Shown in pieces: positions 1-10,543 of a DNA stretch of 64,000 bases. Position numbers and translations under genes: made by a program. How positions within the stretch are numbered: the stretch's first letter is position 1; each line of letters opens with the position of its first letter. The notes beneath the pieces were generated by a model, which did not search any database, was not told the DNA's origin, and saw only the letters and a program-made list of their open reading frames with translations. Source of the DNA: an uncultured candidate division Zixibacteria bacterium (GTDB lineage Bacteria > Zixibacteria > MSB-5A5 > GN15 > FEB-12); the NCBI GenBank assembly GCA_963735035.1, contig CAVTJJ010000006.1:352001-416000 (forward strand). Reading direction: 5' to 3'.

Positions 1-206
1 ACGATGTGGACTATACGGCCTGGCCCCCGCAAAGAGTCACTCTCCATGACTATACCTTAATGAACCTGGCCGGGTCGTACACTCTTCGCGACGGCTTTCG
101 GTTATCAGCCCGAATCGACAATTTGTTCAATACTGAATACGAGGAAGTCTGGTCTTACGAGAGCATGCCGCGCACGGTTTCGTTGGGAGTCGAAGCGACT
201 TTCTGA
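1..206 (+). CDS. TonB-dependent receptor, C-terminal end (partial)
   Basis: YTLMNLAGSY...LSARIDNLFNTEY...PRTVSLGVEATF is a typical TBDR C-terminus ending in Phe; 5' part lies outside the window. Confidence 0.85.
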   Translation, partial: DVDYTAWPPQRVTLHDYTLMNLAGSYTLRDGFRLSARIDNLFNTEYEEVWSYESMPRTVSLGVEATF

Positions 207-242
207 CCCGATCGTGATCTCAGAATAGCTATGCTGAGCCAT

Positions 243-279
243 TCCTCCGGGGCATTTACGCCCCGGAGGATACTATTTT
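243..279 (+). terminator. Intrinsic terminator
   Basis: TCCTCCGGGGC-loop-GCCCCGGAGGA perfect 11-bp stem followed by a T-rich tail. Confidence 0.7.
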
Positions 280-317
280 GTCTCGGTGAAGTGATCAGCA
301 ATTATCGTTTTTTTGTC

Positions 318-345
318 TTGCCTTAGGGTGGCGAAGACGTATAAT
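318..345 (+). promoter_or_regulatory. sigma70-like promoter
   Basis: TTGCCT-N16-TATAAT upstream of the 498..917 ORF. Confidence 0.45.
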
Positions 346-497
346 GAGCTGGGTGAAGCTAAGACTGAGTTGAAGCATTCCCAATAATTCAGCAGACGGT
401 CGGTCGGTAATTGCACGGGGTTTGTCCGGTTAGGAACCGGGTTTTGCAGCAATCGATCAGACAATCGGCCCCAGCCTTGGGCCTACGAGAGGAACTT

Positions 498-917
498 ATG
501 GCTAGTTGGAGTCTGGAATACACCATCGAGGTTGATCTAGAGAACGCCGTGGTCTACGCCAAGGTGTACGGTCAATGGACGGCCGAGACGGCGCAACGGT
601 ATCACGACGAATTCAAAAAGGAAGTTCAGCCGCTTCTCGGACAACCGTGGGCCAAGATCGTCGATGTCAGCAACTGGAAGACATCCCGCAACGAAGTCAC
701 GGCAGTAGTCGGCAAACACATGTCCTGGTCGAAGGCCAACGGGGTGGCGCTATCAATCTATGTGATCGACAACGTAAGCACCTTCCGCCAGCTCAACGAG
801 ATGTTCGTCAAGGGGGGCACCAAGCATATCTCGCACACCTTCCGTACCTGGCAGGAAGGCGAGCAGTTTCTTCAGGACCGCTGGCTGAGCAAGAAGCGCA
901 AAACGCCGCAAAGCTGA
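498..917 (+). CDS. Hypothetical protein, STAS/SEC14 (SpoIIAA-like) fold
   Basis: GAGGA RBS then ATG at 498; YTIEVD...VYGQWT...WAKIVDVSNW...TFRTWQEGEQFL pattern. Confidence 0.6.
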   Translation: MASWSLEYTIEVDLENAVVYAKVYGQWTAETAQRYHDEFKKEVQPLLGQPWAKIVDVSNWKTSRNEVTAVVGKHMSWSKANGVALSIYVIDNVSTFRQLNEMFVKGGTKHISHTFRTWQEGEQFLQDRWLSKKRKTPQS

Positions 918-969
918 GAATAGAGCTTCATACGAACCGGATGACGATAGGGCGATACCCTTCCCGCCA

Positions 970-2982
970 TCACTTCTTCAAGTATCTGTCAAACCACTTT
1001 CTAATCCACTCCAGGCGGGCAATGCGGCGATCCGGTCGGCCATGTCTCGATAAGCCGTGAGGCTCGTCCGGGAAACGGACAAATTCGACTGTCTTACCCA
1101 GCACCTTGAGCATGGCGAACATCTGTTCAGCCTGCTCGATATTGCACCGCAGGTCGCGCTCGTTATGGAGTATCAGCACCGGCGTCTTTACGTTCTTGAA
1201 ATAGGTCAGGGGAGAGCACTTCTCGTAATTCTCAGGATTAATCCACGGGCGACCGTCGAATTCACGCTCCAGGGAATAGCCTATATCCGAGGACCCAAAG
1301 AACGACTTCAGTTCAACCACCGAGCGCTGTGTGACAGCCGCTTTGAAGCGGTTGGTGTGACCGATAATCCAGTTGGTCATGTAGCCGCCGTATGAGCCGC
1401 CAGTGACGCCAAGTCGTTTGGAATCGACATACTTCTGCGCCGCCAGCCAGTCTGCCGCCGCCATGCAATCCTGGTAGTCCAGATCACCCCAGCCGCCTGC
1501 GATAGCGTCGGCCCACAATTCGCCCCGTCCTGATCCGCCACGCGGATTAGTGTAGAACACCACATAGCCACACGCCGCCAGATACTGCATCTCGTGGAAG
1601 AACGTGAACACGTATTGGGTGCGGGGCCCACCGTGAATCTCAAGTATCGCCGGATAACGACGTTTCGAATTGAAACCCGGAGGCAGAACCAACCACCCCT
1701 GGACATCGGTCCCGTCGAACGACTTGAACCAAACTTCGCGCATCCGGCTCGGTTGGATGTTCTTTCTTAGGAACGGATTCATATCCGTGTGGCGAACGGT
1801 CTTCTTCTCGGCGCCGTAGACGAGTGGGCAGGTTACAATGTCGCCCGGATTATCCAGATCGGCCAGAATGAGAGCGGCCGTTTTGGCGGAACCGTTCAAA
1901 GAGAAGCCTTTGATATGGCAGTTGCCCTTGAACAGACGGGTCGGTGTGCCGCCCTTGCTTGGAATCGAAAACAGATTGACCGTCCCGGTATCGCCACACG
2001 CGAAGATTATACGGCGTCCATCGGCCGACCACTCTATGTGCAAGTCGCCGTGGGCGTCGGCGGTGTCGTGAATCGACTGGTCATACGCCATCCGGTCAAA
2101 TTTCGGCATCACGTCTTTGGCGGCCGGGTGACCGTTTACTCCCACCACCCAGACATGTATGCTGGTGACACCCCAGGCGTCGTTGGGATTGTCATGGCCA
2201 AGATATGCGACTCGCTTGCCGTCGGGTGAAAACTTCGGCGCAGCCACCGGTCCAGCCGGGGTTGGGATGCGACGTTCTTTACCGCCGCGAAACGGAATCA
2301 GAAATAGATCGTCCCGGAGCGAGTCCAGATCCTGGTTCTTGGCCCGATTGGATACGTACACCACCGTGCGGCCGTCGGGTGAAACCTCGGGCGAGAGATT
2401 GTCCCGATTACCCCTGGAAATCTGACGCAGTTTGGCCGTTTCGACGTCCAAAGCGTAGACTTGATATTTGTCGCGCGGCAAGAACCCTTCGCCGTCGAGG
2501 CGATAGTACAGGCGGGTGATATGGCGATAAACCGGCGGTTCGGCTTTCTTCTTTTCATCGGTAATATAGTGGGAGTCGTTGTATCGTAGGGCGAACACCA
2601 GATGACGGTCATCGGGCGTCCATTGCAGCGAAGTAATCGTACCGTCGATCTCTATCAATCTTTTTTCGCTGCCCCCCGCCGAGGGCATAAGGTAGATGCC
2701 GGTTTTCTTGTTGCGGTTTGACACAAAGGCTAACCGGCCCCCGTCGTGCGACCAGACCGGTAAGCCGTCACTCTGCTCTCCGTTGGTAAACGGCGAGGAG
2801 GTCCTGGTGCGGACATCCAACATCATGATATTCTTGAAATACTTATTGGCGTCCCGGTCCATCCGCTCCACACAGTAAGCGACTTTCTTTTCATCGGGAG
2901 ACAGCGCTATTCCGGTAATGACACGAAGTTGGAAAAGATCCTGAGGCGACATCTTGTGCCGGGCCGGTTTCCGTATGTCCAT
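970..2982 (-). CDS. S9 family peptidase (dipeptidyl/acylaminoacyl peptidase)
   Basis: PD40 beta-propeller repeats, IHGGP, GGSYGG nucleophile, ERDLRC (Asp), EPHG (His). Confidence 0.95.
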   Translation of the reverse strand: MDIRKPARHKMSPQDLFQLRVITGIALSPDEKKVAYCVERMDRDANKYFKNIMMLDVRTRTSSPFTNGEQSDGLPVWSHDGGRLAFVSNRNKKTGIYLMPSAGGSEKRLIEIDGTITSLQWTPDDRHLVFALRYNDSHYITDEKKKAEPPVYRHITRLYYRLDGEGFLPRDKYQVYALDVETAKLRQISRGNRDNLSPEVSPDGRTVVYVSNRAKNQDLDSLRDDLFLIPFRGGKERRIPTPAGPVAAPKFSPDGKRVAYLGHDNPNDAWGVTSIHVWVVGVNGHPAAKDVMPKFDRMAYDQSIHDTADAHGDLHIEWSADGRRIIFACGDTGTVNLFSIPSKGGTPTRLFKGNCHIKGFSLNGSAKTAALILADLDNPGDIVTCPLVYGAEKKTVRHTDMNPFLRKNIQPSRMREVWFKSFDGTDVQGWLVLPPGFNSKRRYPAILEIHGGPRTQYVFTFFHEMQYLAACGYVVFYTNPRGGSGRGELWADAIAGGWGDLDYQDCMAAADWLAAQKYVDSKRLGVTGGSYGGYMTNWIIGHTNRFKAAVTQRSVVELKSFFGSSDIGYSLEREFDGRPWINPENYEKCSPLTYFKNVKTPVLILHNERDLRCNIEQAEQMFAMLKVLGKTVEFVRFPDEPHGLSRHGRPDRRIARLEWIRKWFDRYLKK

Positions 2983-3070
2983 TGATCAGACTCCTTTCAG
3001 GATTTGCATCAATAGTACGAACATGTTAGCAGGAGTGGGAGCGTCGGGCAAGTGAAAGTATACGAAGTTC

Positions 3071-4585
3071 TCAATCGCGCTTCTTGATGTGAAGGCGGAC
3101 CAGCAAGGCCGCGCGATCACCCGACTCCAATACGGTCCACGCGCCTGCCGCTCCGATCGCGCTTACAACCGCGACGTTGATTACAAACGATGTCCAGTCG
3201 AGCGGGGGAAGAACCAGTCTTAGAATGATGGCCGCCGGGGTGCAGGCGAACATGGCGACAAACCCGGCGCGGACCTGGCTCATGAGAATTTCGGCGACCG
3301 GCAAGCGCATGATCCGGGCCATGAGTATCGGATACGCTGTAATATAGAGTACGAGTTGAGGCATTGATGCAGCCCAGGCCATGCCGACCAGCCCGTATGA
3401 GGGGATGAGCGCGAATGACAGCACGATCTTCAACACACATTCGGCGAGGGCCACTTTCAGGATTAGAGCATGGCGGTCGATTCCGAACAGGACGGCGTTG
3501 CCCACAATCTGCGGCACAAAGAACGCCGCGCCGATGGCCAGGATGCGCATTACTTCGGCCGATCCGGCGAACTCCGGCTCCAGCCATAGCGCCACGAACG
3601 GGCGGGCGTAGATCACGACTCCGACAGTCATGAAGAACGACAAGTACGATGTATACGTAAGCCCTTTCAGATAGATGCGCCGGATGCCCTCGAAGTCCCC
3701 TCTCGCTTCGCGTTCAGAAACGGCCGTCGTTATTGGTGAAGCGACTACGTTCACGGCATTACGCAGGTACAACATTAACTGCGCTCCCGGTGCATAGACG
3801 CCGGCGGCGGCGGACGATACCATCAATCCCAATAGCACTGCGTCAGTATTGTAGAGTATTAACCAGGCAATCGTAATGCCGAACGTAATGCGCGAATAGT
3901 TGAACAGTTCGCGGGCGGTCTGTTTGTCGGTCATGGTAGGTGAGAAGGTGATCTCGGGATGAAGGTGTTTCAGCCAAATGATGGCCGCCACTTGTTTCAG
4001 GACGCTCATGCCGAGAATGGCCAGAGCCAGCGGTACCAGCCCGTACCCGTTGGCCAGCAGGAACACCATGACGCCAGCGCGCAGGATATCTTCCAGCATG
4101 TGCAGCAGGTTCGAGACATCGAAGCGTTGAAAACCGCCCAGGGAACCGGCAAAGGGGAGCAGGAAGAACCGAAGGCCCATGTAGAAGCCGATAATCAGAA
4201 GAGCGCTCCGGCCTTCGGCCAGCGCGGTCGGATCGGCGACTTTGAAGAAGTCGAACAAAAAAGTTGCCGCGAGCCAGGCGCCGAGTATGATTACCGTGCC
4301 TACCGCGAGATACAGATTGAACGCGGTATTGAGGATTCGATTGATCGGCCCGAACTGGCCCGTTCCCAGATGCTTGGAAACGAAACGCAACAGAGCCTTT
4401 TCGAGCCCGAAATCGAGCAGCACGAAATAGTTGATCGTCTGGAATACCAGCACCCAGACCCCGTATCGGGCATCGCCCAGGGTCGATGTAATGTATGGGA
4501 CGAACAGAAAGCTGATACCCAGGCGGACGGCGTAGCCGACCCAGGAAGTCCAGAGGTTTCTTGAAAGCTGTTGTCGATCTGTCAC
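3071..4585 (-). CDS. Wzx-like oligosaccharide flippase / polysaccharide biosynthesis protein
   Basis: Many TM helices; LGDARYGVW...LLDFGL motif of MOP-family flippases. Confidence 0.85.
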   Translation of the reverse strand: MTDRQQLSRNLWTSWVGYAVRLGISFLFVPYITSTLGDARYGVWVLVFQTINYFVLLDFGLEKALLRFVSKHLGTGQFGPINRILNTAFNLYLAVGTVIILGAWLAATFLFDFFKVADPTALAEGRSALLIIGFYMGLRFFLLPFAGSLGGFQRFDVSNLLHMLEDILRAGVMVFLLANGYGLVPLALAILGMSVLKQVAAIIWLKHLHPEITFSPTMTDKQTARELFNYSRITFGITIAWLILYNTDAVLLGLMVSSAAAGVYAPGAQLMLYLRNAVNVVASPITTAVSEREARGDFEGIRRIYLKGLTYTSYLSFFMTVGVVIYARPFVALWLEPEFAGSAEVMRILAIGAAFFVPQIVGNAVLFGIDRHALILKVALAECVLKIVLSFALIPSYGLVGMAWAASMPQLVLYITAYPILMARIMRLPVAEILMSQVRAGFVAMFACTPAAIILRLVLPPLDWTSFVINVAVVSAIGAAGAWTVLESGDRAALLVRLHIKKRD

Positions 4586-4670
4586 GCGCCGCTACTTTCG
4601 TGCTGAATTGGTATAAGGATAACTCAGCTTTAAGGCTGCGGCAACCGCATAGTCGAGAGGTGACCCAGGA

Positions 4671-5858
4671 ATGACCAGAATCCATGCAAGATCGATCCTG
4701 TGGGTAATGCTGGCCGGAATTCTGGGCGGATGCGGTGGGCCGATGATCAGACTTCTCGATCCAACCCAACCTCTGCGGCCGCGGCCGACTCATTACGGCC
4801 TGACCCTTCCCGTTCCGATTTCATCCAAGCCTTGGCTGACTGACTCGACATCCACCGGGCAAGCGGAGCGACGAGTTCCAATCAACCTCCGTGTGAATCA
4901 GAAGGGTGTCGTCATTTCCGTGACCTTCGCATCATCGGCGGACAGCATCGGCTTGGCCTGCTTTGTGCCGTATCTAAGATCCCTCAAATTTGAGCCGGGA
5001 CTTCGCGATAATGTACCGGCGGAGATGACTCTCAGGTTGGAGATGCAAACGGACGGAGCGTGCCGTCAGCCGCTGCTTCATTTCCCGGTCGGACCTAATC
5101 GACAAATTGCCCGAAGCGAGCTCTACTGGGCCGCATTTGCCGCCAACGGAATCGAACCCGCCCGTCTGGTAACGTTCCCGTCCTACTATTACATGTCCGA
5201 CCCGCTGACTTCGGGAAGTCGCTACGATTACAAGCTGTACCGTATTGATCTGGACACTCTGGGGAAAGTCACGGCGGTGGACGTTGTCGCCGCAACCGAA
5301 ACTAAATTCAGCGATCAGATTCGCTCGGCCACGGTCTGGGGTGAATACCAGCCCCTTCGAATAAATGGTCGCCCTATGGCTTCTATCAACTACCTCGCGG
5401 TGGCGTTGTTTGCTGATATGGAGTATCCCACAACTACCTGGTCGCCAGAAACGATTTCCTCACGCTCTGCTGAGGAACGTCTGCGGATCCGCCTTCTGCC
5501 CGACACTGTCGGCGAGATGATACCTCCGGTAGTGCGTCGGGATTGGTCAGGTGTAATTGCCGACTCCGCCGCCTGGGAGCCGGTTCGAAATCTTGTGTCG
5601 GCTCAGCTCCAGATAGACACCACCGGCGCTACCGTAATTGACCGGATAAATAACCTGTCATGGCGCGTTCGCCGGGTGTTCGGAGGGCTGGCTTTCGATC
5701 GGCGATTCTTCCCGGCGCGGTCTTTCTCAGGACAGTGGCTGACCTGGCAGGGTCTGGCGTATGCTCGATATCAGGACGCCTCTCACGTCAAGATCTGGTT
5801 CGACTGGTCGCCACAAACTGACCCCGGCCCCGTGAGCGACACCTTAACTTCGAATTAG
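4671..5858 (+). CDS. Putative lipoprotein with degenerate TonB C-terminal-like repeats
   Basis: Lipobox-like LGGC; segments LKFEPGLRDNVP, EYQPLRINGRPM, RFFPARSFSGQ resemble TonB_C. Confidence 0.55.
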   Translation: MTRIHARSILWVMLAGILGGCGGPMIRLLDPTQPLRPRPTHYGLTLPVPISSKPWLTDSTSTGQAERRVPINLRVNQKGVVISVTFASSADSIGLACFVPYLRSLKFEPGLRDNVPAEMTLRLEMQTDGACRQPLLHFPVGPNRQIARSELYWAAFAANGIEPARLVTFPSYYYMSDPLTSGSRYDYKLYRIDLDTLGKVTAVDVVAATETKFSDQIRSATVWGEYQPLRINGRPMASINYLAVALFADMEYPTTTWSPETISSRSAEERLRIRLLPDTVGEMIPPVVRRDWSGVIADSAAWEPVRNLVSAQLQIDTTGATVIDRINNLSWRVRRVFGGLAFDRRFFPARSFSGQWLTWQGLAYARYQDASHVKIWFDWSPQTDPGPVSDTLTSN

Positions 5859-6083
5859 CCATTCCCTTCCAGACGCAGTTGTTGCGTTACTACCTGCTAT
5901 CCATACGAACAGACAAGATTAGTCCAGAATCTGGGGATTGCTGTCTAACGACTTACGACAGCAATTCCACGCTGGCACCGGGATTGTCATCTCTCTCGCC
6001 GGTTGGCATAAAACCGGCTGCCGGGTCCATCTCAGGGAAGATTATAGACCTATCCCGGTAGTATAAGAAGAAAGGAGGCGACC

Positions 6084-6329
6084 ATGGTGGTCGCTACGAG
6101 AGTCATGTACCTCTTGTCTGGAGTTCTTGTGTTGGCCAGCGGCGTTTGTATCCAGGCCAGATTCTGCGATCAGCTCCCGGAAGTTCTTCGTTCGTCGGTT
6201 CTCGCGGCTGCTCTGGCCTACTTTGGCTGGCAGCTCTGGCGTTTTCTGGCGAGTGAATGTCGGGTGCCGAAAGTAGCTGTGCCGAGACCTGCGATCCGGA
6301 AATTAGGGCTTGACTTTGTCCGACAATAG
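6084..6329 (+). CDS. Small membrane protein, hypothetical
   Basis: Strong AAGGAGG RBS, two hydrophobic segments. Confidence 0.55.
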   Translation: MVVATRVMYLLSGVLVLASGVCIQARFCDQLPEVLRSSVLAAALAYFGWQLWRFLASECRVPKVAVPRPAIRKLGLDFVRQ

Positions 6330-6359
6330 CATAACTTTACCGTCTTGTTTATTGACGGG

Positions 6360-8270
6360 ATGGAAGAGAAGGCATTGAAACAGAACATCTTAGCGACGGC
6401 ATTGTGGTCAGCGGCGGCTTTTATATTACTCACCGCCGTAGGCTCCACTGAGACCCTTGACCAGACCGCTCAGGCTGCTCTGGACGCGGGGGATACGGCG
6501 GTTGCGATCACCAGGATCGAGGCCGCTATCAAGACCGATCCGGCCTACCACTACAACTATCATGTCCTCGGTCTGATCTTCTACAAGCGTGAAGATATCC
6601 GCAAAGCGCGCGATTACTTCGCTCAGGCGGTTGAGAAGAAGAAGAAGGCCTTTGAGTCGGTCTATTACTTAGGTCTGTGCCAGCTTCAGTTGGAAGATTT
6701 GGTCGGCGCCGAGAAAACTTTGGTCGACGGATTGAAGAAAGCTCCGCGCGAAATGACCGTTCAATTCGAATACGCCACGGGACTTCTGTACATGGCGCAG
6801 AAGAACTATCCGGAAGCGGATCGTTCGCTCCGACGGGCTCTTGCCAAAGATTCCACTCGGGCCGACTATCACATTGCCCTGGGCGATGTCAATCTCTATC
6901 AGGGCGTACCGGCTCTGGCGGTGAGCGAATACGAAATCGCCCACCGGCTCGACACGGCCGGTGCGGAAGTCTATTTCCACTGGGCTGAGGCCTGCCTTGA
7001 GAACAAAGACTATACTTGTGCTCTGGATAAATTGCGCATCGTCCTGACGCGTGATTCCACATTCGCGCCGGCCTGGAATCGGGCGGGCGGTATCTATTTC
7101 AAAGCCGCGCTTTCTTCGCGCGGTCGCGAAGAGCGTATGCAACGTTTCGGCGAGGCCATTGGTTCATACAAGCGTTTCATGGAATTGACCAGCGCCAAGG
7201 CGGATTCTTCGACGGTTCGTGCTTTCTTCGAGACCGCCATGGCTTATAACAACATCTATCGCTACGAAGATGCCATTCCGTTCTTCGAACAGGTGCTGGC
7301 CATACCGTATGAACCGAGGGATATATACTTCCAGTTCGGCAAAGCGCTCTGGGGCATGAAGCAGTATGATCGCGCGGCCGAGATGCTGGAAAAGCATATC
7401 ACCTGGGCGGCGGGTCAGAACGAAAAGAACGCTTCCCGGGTCGATCAAGCGGAACTGTACAAGATATTCGGCGACTGCCGTTTCTATACTCAGCCCAAGC
7501 GTTATTCCGACGCCGTACGTTATTACAAATTATCCCTCGAAGCTGACTCGAATCAACCACGCGTCCTTCAGAACGTAGCCCTGGCGCTGCATACTCTCGA
7601 GCGGTACGGCGAAGCCATGCACTACTATGACCTGAGAATTGCCGCCGGCGTCGATTCCAGCACTGCCAATATCGTCAAGAACGCTTCGCTCTGTGCGCTG
7701 AAAATCGCCGGTGACGAATCAGCCAATATCCAGGAAGAGTTGATTCCGGAAGATACCGTCGGTCAGGGAGCCACGGTTGATACTTTCGTTAGTAAGACTC
7801 TAAATTACTATCAGGTCTCGGCTGATCTCATGGTGAAGTACCTCGAAATGATGCCGAACGACACGGCGACGGTCGAGCGCCTCTCCAACACCTATCTTTA
7901 TCAGTTACGTGATTGCACCAACGGCGTAGCGGCCTGTGAGCGGGTATTGTCGTTGGATCCCAAGAACTGTCAGGCCAAGAAGTCGATCGGTTTTGCCTAT
8001 TTCATGGGCGACATCTGCAATAAGGATCTCTCCAAGACGCTCAAATATCTGTTGCAGGCTTATGAATGTTATGCCGCGAAAGGCACTTCTGACGCTACTT
8101 TGACCAAGTGGATCGCCCAGGCTTATCACCTGAGAGCAGCAACCGGCGGCAGTGAATCTAACAGTGATTTTAAGAACGCTTTCGAATGGTATGGCAAGGT
8201 ATTGAAACTCAATCCTAACGACGCGGAAGCCAAGAAGGGTTGGGAAGATACCCAATTCGAGTTTAATTGA
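6360..8270 (+). CDS. Secreted tetratricopeptide repeat protein
   Basis: Signal peptide plus many TPR motifs; start uncertain (ATG 6360 or TTG 6375). Confidence 0.9.
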   Translation: MEEKALKQNILATALWSAAAFILLTAVGSTETLDQTAQAALDAGDTAVAITRIEAAIKTDPAYHYNYHVLGLIFYKREDIRKARDYFAQAVEKKKKAFESVYYLGLCQLQLEDLVGAEKTLVDGLKKAPREMTVQFEYATGLLYMAQKNYPEADRSLRRALAKDSTRADYHIALGDVNLYQGVPALAVSEYEIAHRLDTAGAEVYFHWAEACLENKDYTCALDKLRIVLTRDSTFAPAWNRAGGIYFKAALSSRGREERMQRFGEAIGSYKRFMELTSAKADSSTVRAFFETAMAYNNIYRYEDAIPFFEQVLAIPYEPRDIYFQFGKALWGMKQYDRAAEMLEKHITWAAGQNEKNASRVDQAELYKIFGDCRFYTQPKRYSDAVRYYKLSLEADSNQPRVLQNVALALHTLERYGEAMHYYDLRIAAGVDSSTANIVKNASLCALKIAGDESANIQEELIPEDTVGQGATVDTFVSKTLNYYQVSADLMVKYLEMMPNDTATVERLSNTYLYQLRDCTNGVAACERVLSLDPKNCQAKKSIGFAYFMGDICNKDLSKTLKYLLQAYECYAAKGTSDATLTKWIAQAYHLRAATGGSESNSDFKNAFEWYGKVLKLNPNDAEAKKGWEDTQFEFN

Positions 8271-8295
8271 TAACCAGTAGATGTTAGGTGTAGGA

Positions 8296-9165
8296 ATGGC
8301 AGAAGGGGATAAGAAGAACCCCGGCGGATCGCGAGTCACTAGTGACGAGCGGTATCACTACATTGGCTTTGACGTATTTCCGGGCAAGCCCAAGGATTTG
8401 TTCAAGACCGAAGCTGAAAAGACCCAACTGGTAGAGGCGGTGAAGAGCCGCCGGCAGTCAAACGAAACCCTTCGGGATGACTGCAAGCTCTTGGAAGAGC
8501 GGGTCGGCTCCGGCGAAAGAATTGTCCTGGCGATTGCTTCCGTAGTCATCTTTCTCGCTTTGTTTCTTCCGTGGTACTCAGCTTATACGGTTGTCCCGGA
8601 GACGGCTCCTCAGACATCCGGAGTCTCAGGCACTACGACGACACCCACCACTGATGCCGGCGGGGGCGGTGTAACCAGTCAGCACGGTGAACGCGCCAAT
8701 GAGGAAATTATCACCGGCCGCACTACCCAGTCGCGTACCCGCAGAGAGTACTCGACTCTCAGCGGTCTCGGCGTATTTGCCTCGATCGGCTCGGTCGGCG
8801 GCAAGGTGTTTTCGTCCGGACTCATTTTGATCTTATCTGGCCTGCTGATGCTGGCTTACGGCCTGCTCTGCATTGCGCTGCCGGTCGTCAATCTTTACAC
8901 TCTGTACGGTTTGAAAGGAAAGCCGGACGAACTGGCTCTCAAGCTCAAGCACAATCTTCGTCTGAACTGGCTCCCGCTGCTCATTTTGGTGGCGCTGTTG
9001 CTGTTGTCGCTTCTGGGGTCTGACTACGGTTTCAGCACGACGACATCATTTGTCAGTCTGGGAACAAGCTATGACATCGTCACTATTTTTAACACGCTGT
9101 CGTGGGGTATCTTTGTAGCCATGGCGGCGTCGCTATTGGTGGCTCTAAAAGGAATAGAAATCTAA
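8296..9165 (+). CDS. Hypothetical membrane protein
   Basis: About 4 TM segments, FLPWY motif, in-operon between the TPR gene and exbB. Confidence 0.75.
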   Translation: MAEGDKKNPGGSRVTSDERYHYIGFDVFPGKPKDLFKTEAEKTQLVEAVKSRRQSNETLRDDCKLLEERVGSGERIVLAIASVVIFLALFLPWYSAYTVVPETAPQTSGVSGTTTTPTTDAGGGGVTSQHGERANEEIITGRTTQSRTRREYSTLSGLGVFASIGSVGGKVFSSGLILILSGLLMLAYGLLCIALPVVNLYTLYGLKGKPDELALKLKHNLRLNWLPLLILVALLLLSLLGSDYGFSTTTSFVSLGTSYDIVTIFNTLSWGIFVAMAASLLVALKGIEI

Positions 9166-9194
9166 TTCGCAATACTCTCGGAGGATTTGGAGAA

Positions 9195-9953
9195 GTGGTT
9201 AAACAGACTCTATTTGTAACACTGAATGCCGTCGTGGCGTTCTTTATCGGGCTCGGGCTCTTTATGTTTGTTTTCAAGACCTCGACCATTCCGATCGTCC
9301 ATTCCATCTATAAGGGCGGTCCGCTGGTGGTGGTTCTTATCATGGTTCTGATCATGCTGCTGGTCTTCGTGATCGAGCGCTATTTCTCGCTCTACGGCGT
9401 GGCGAAGGGCAAGAGCTCCGTTCAGGTGTTTTTCAAGAAGCTCGTCACCTTGCTCCAGGGCAATGATTTTGACGGCGCCCTGGCCGCCTGCGACAAGCAG
9501 CGCGGCACGACCGCCAACGTTCTGCGGGCTGGTATCGAACGCTATCGGGAAGTCAAAGACAACCCGGCTATCGACAAGGAAAAGAAGATCACTCTGACCC
9601 AGACCGCCATCGAAGAAGCCAACGCTCTCGAAGGCCCGCTTTTGGAACGGAACCTGATCGCTCTGTCGACCATCGCTTCGATCGCCACCATGGTCGGGCT
9701 GCTCGGCACCACTATCGGTATGATTCGCGCGTTTGCGGCCACCGGTAACGTCGAGGGCGGTGTTATCGACGCTACCCAGTTGGCCACCGGTATTTCCGAA
9801 GCTCTGGTCAACACCGCCGGCGGTCTGATCTCCGGTATTCTCGGAATCTTCTTCTACAATTTCTTCGTCAACAAAGTGGACGCTTTCAACTACACCACCG
9901 ACGAAGCAACTTTTGAAATCATGCAGTTGTTGAAGTCTAAAGAAACGAAGTAG
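9195..9953 (+). CDS. exbB: MotA/TolQ/ExbB proton channel protein
   Basis: LSTIASIATMVGLLGTTIGMIRAF...GISEALVNTAGG; GTG start at 9195. Confidence 0.93.
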   Translation: MVKQTLFVTLNAVVAFFIGLGLFMFVFKTSTIPIVHSIYKGGPLVVVLIMVLIMLLVFVIERYFSLYGVAKGKSSVQVFFKKLVTLLQGNDFDGALAACDKQRGTTANVLRAGIERYREVKDNPAIDKEKKITLTQTAIEEANALEGPLLERNLIALSTIASIATMVGLLGTTIGMIRAFAATGNVEGGVIDATQLATGISEALVNTAGGLISGILGIFFYNFFVNKVDAFNYTTDEATFEIMQLLKSKETK

Positions 9954-9974
9954 CAAGGCGCGCGTAGGTCTAAT

Positions 9975-10466
9975 ATGGCTGTAAAGAAGAAACGCCGGAT
10001 TTCAATCCGGATTGACATGACGCCGATGGTGGACATCGCCTTTCTGCTGCTCATTTTTTACATGGCGACTACCACGTTCAAACCACCGGAAGCCCGGGCG
10101 GTCGAACTGCCACAGTCTCATTCGCAGATTAAGCTGCCTGACAAGGACGTTATCAATCTGACTGTCTCCAAGGACGATTCGATGTTTGTCGACTTTGTAA
10201 AAGAGGTCGAGATTGAAGTCGACGGTCAGAAGATGATGACCAAGGGGCGGGTTGTAACCAGGGTCGACCTGAGCAATCTCGCTTCAACCCTTCTTAAGGC
10301 CCGAGCCGAGCAGATTCGCGCTTTGGTGGTGGTGAAGGCGGACAAGAGGGCCAATTTCGGCCTGGTGCAGGATATCATGACGCAGATGCAGGAGAACTAC
10401 CTGAATCGCTTCCTGATTATCACTGATAATGAGGTAGATAAGACCACACCGCAGGGCGGTGTGTGA
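9975..10466 (+). CDS. exbD: ExbD/TolR biopolymer transporter
   Basis: IDMTPMVDIAFLLLIFYM motif; VKAD...ANFGLV. Confidence 0.93.
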   Translation: MAVKKKRRISIRIDMTPMVDIAFLLLIFYMATTTFKPPEARAVELPQSHSQIKLPDKDVINLTVSKDDSMFVDFVKEVEIEVDGQKMMTKGRVVTRVDLSNLASTLLKARAEQIRALVVVKADKRANFGLVQDIMTQMQENYLNRFLIITDNEVDKTTPQGGV

Positions 10467-10543
10467 TCCGAAACGGATAACAACCCCAACGGTTGCCGGA
10501 TGCTCCAATGCGAACGGTGCCGTCGAAGGGAGCGTGATAGCTA

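Noticed and set aside
5972..6020. sigma54 promoter (TGGCAC...TTGT or TGGCAT...CGGC)
   Set aside because: Neither candidate matches both the -24 and -12 elements well
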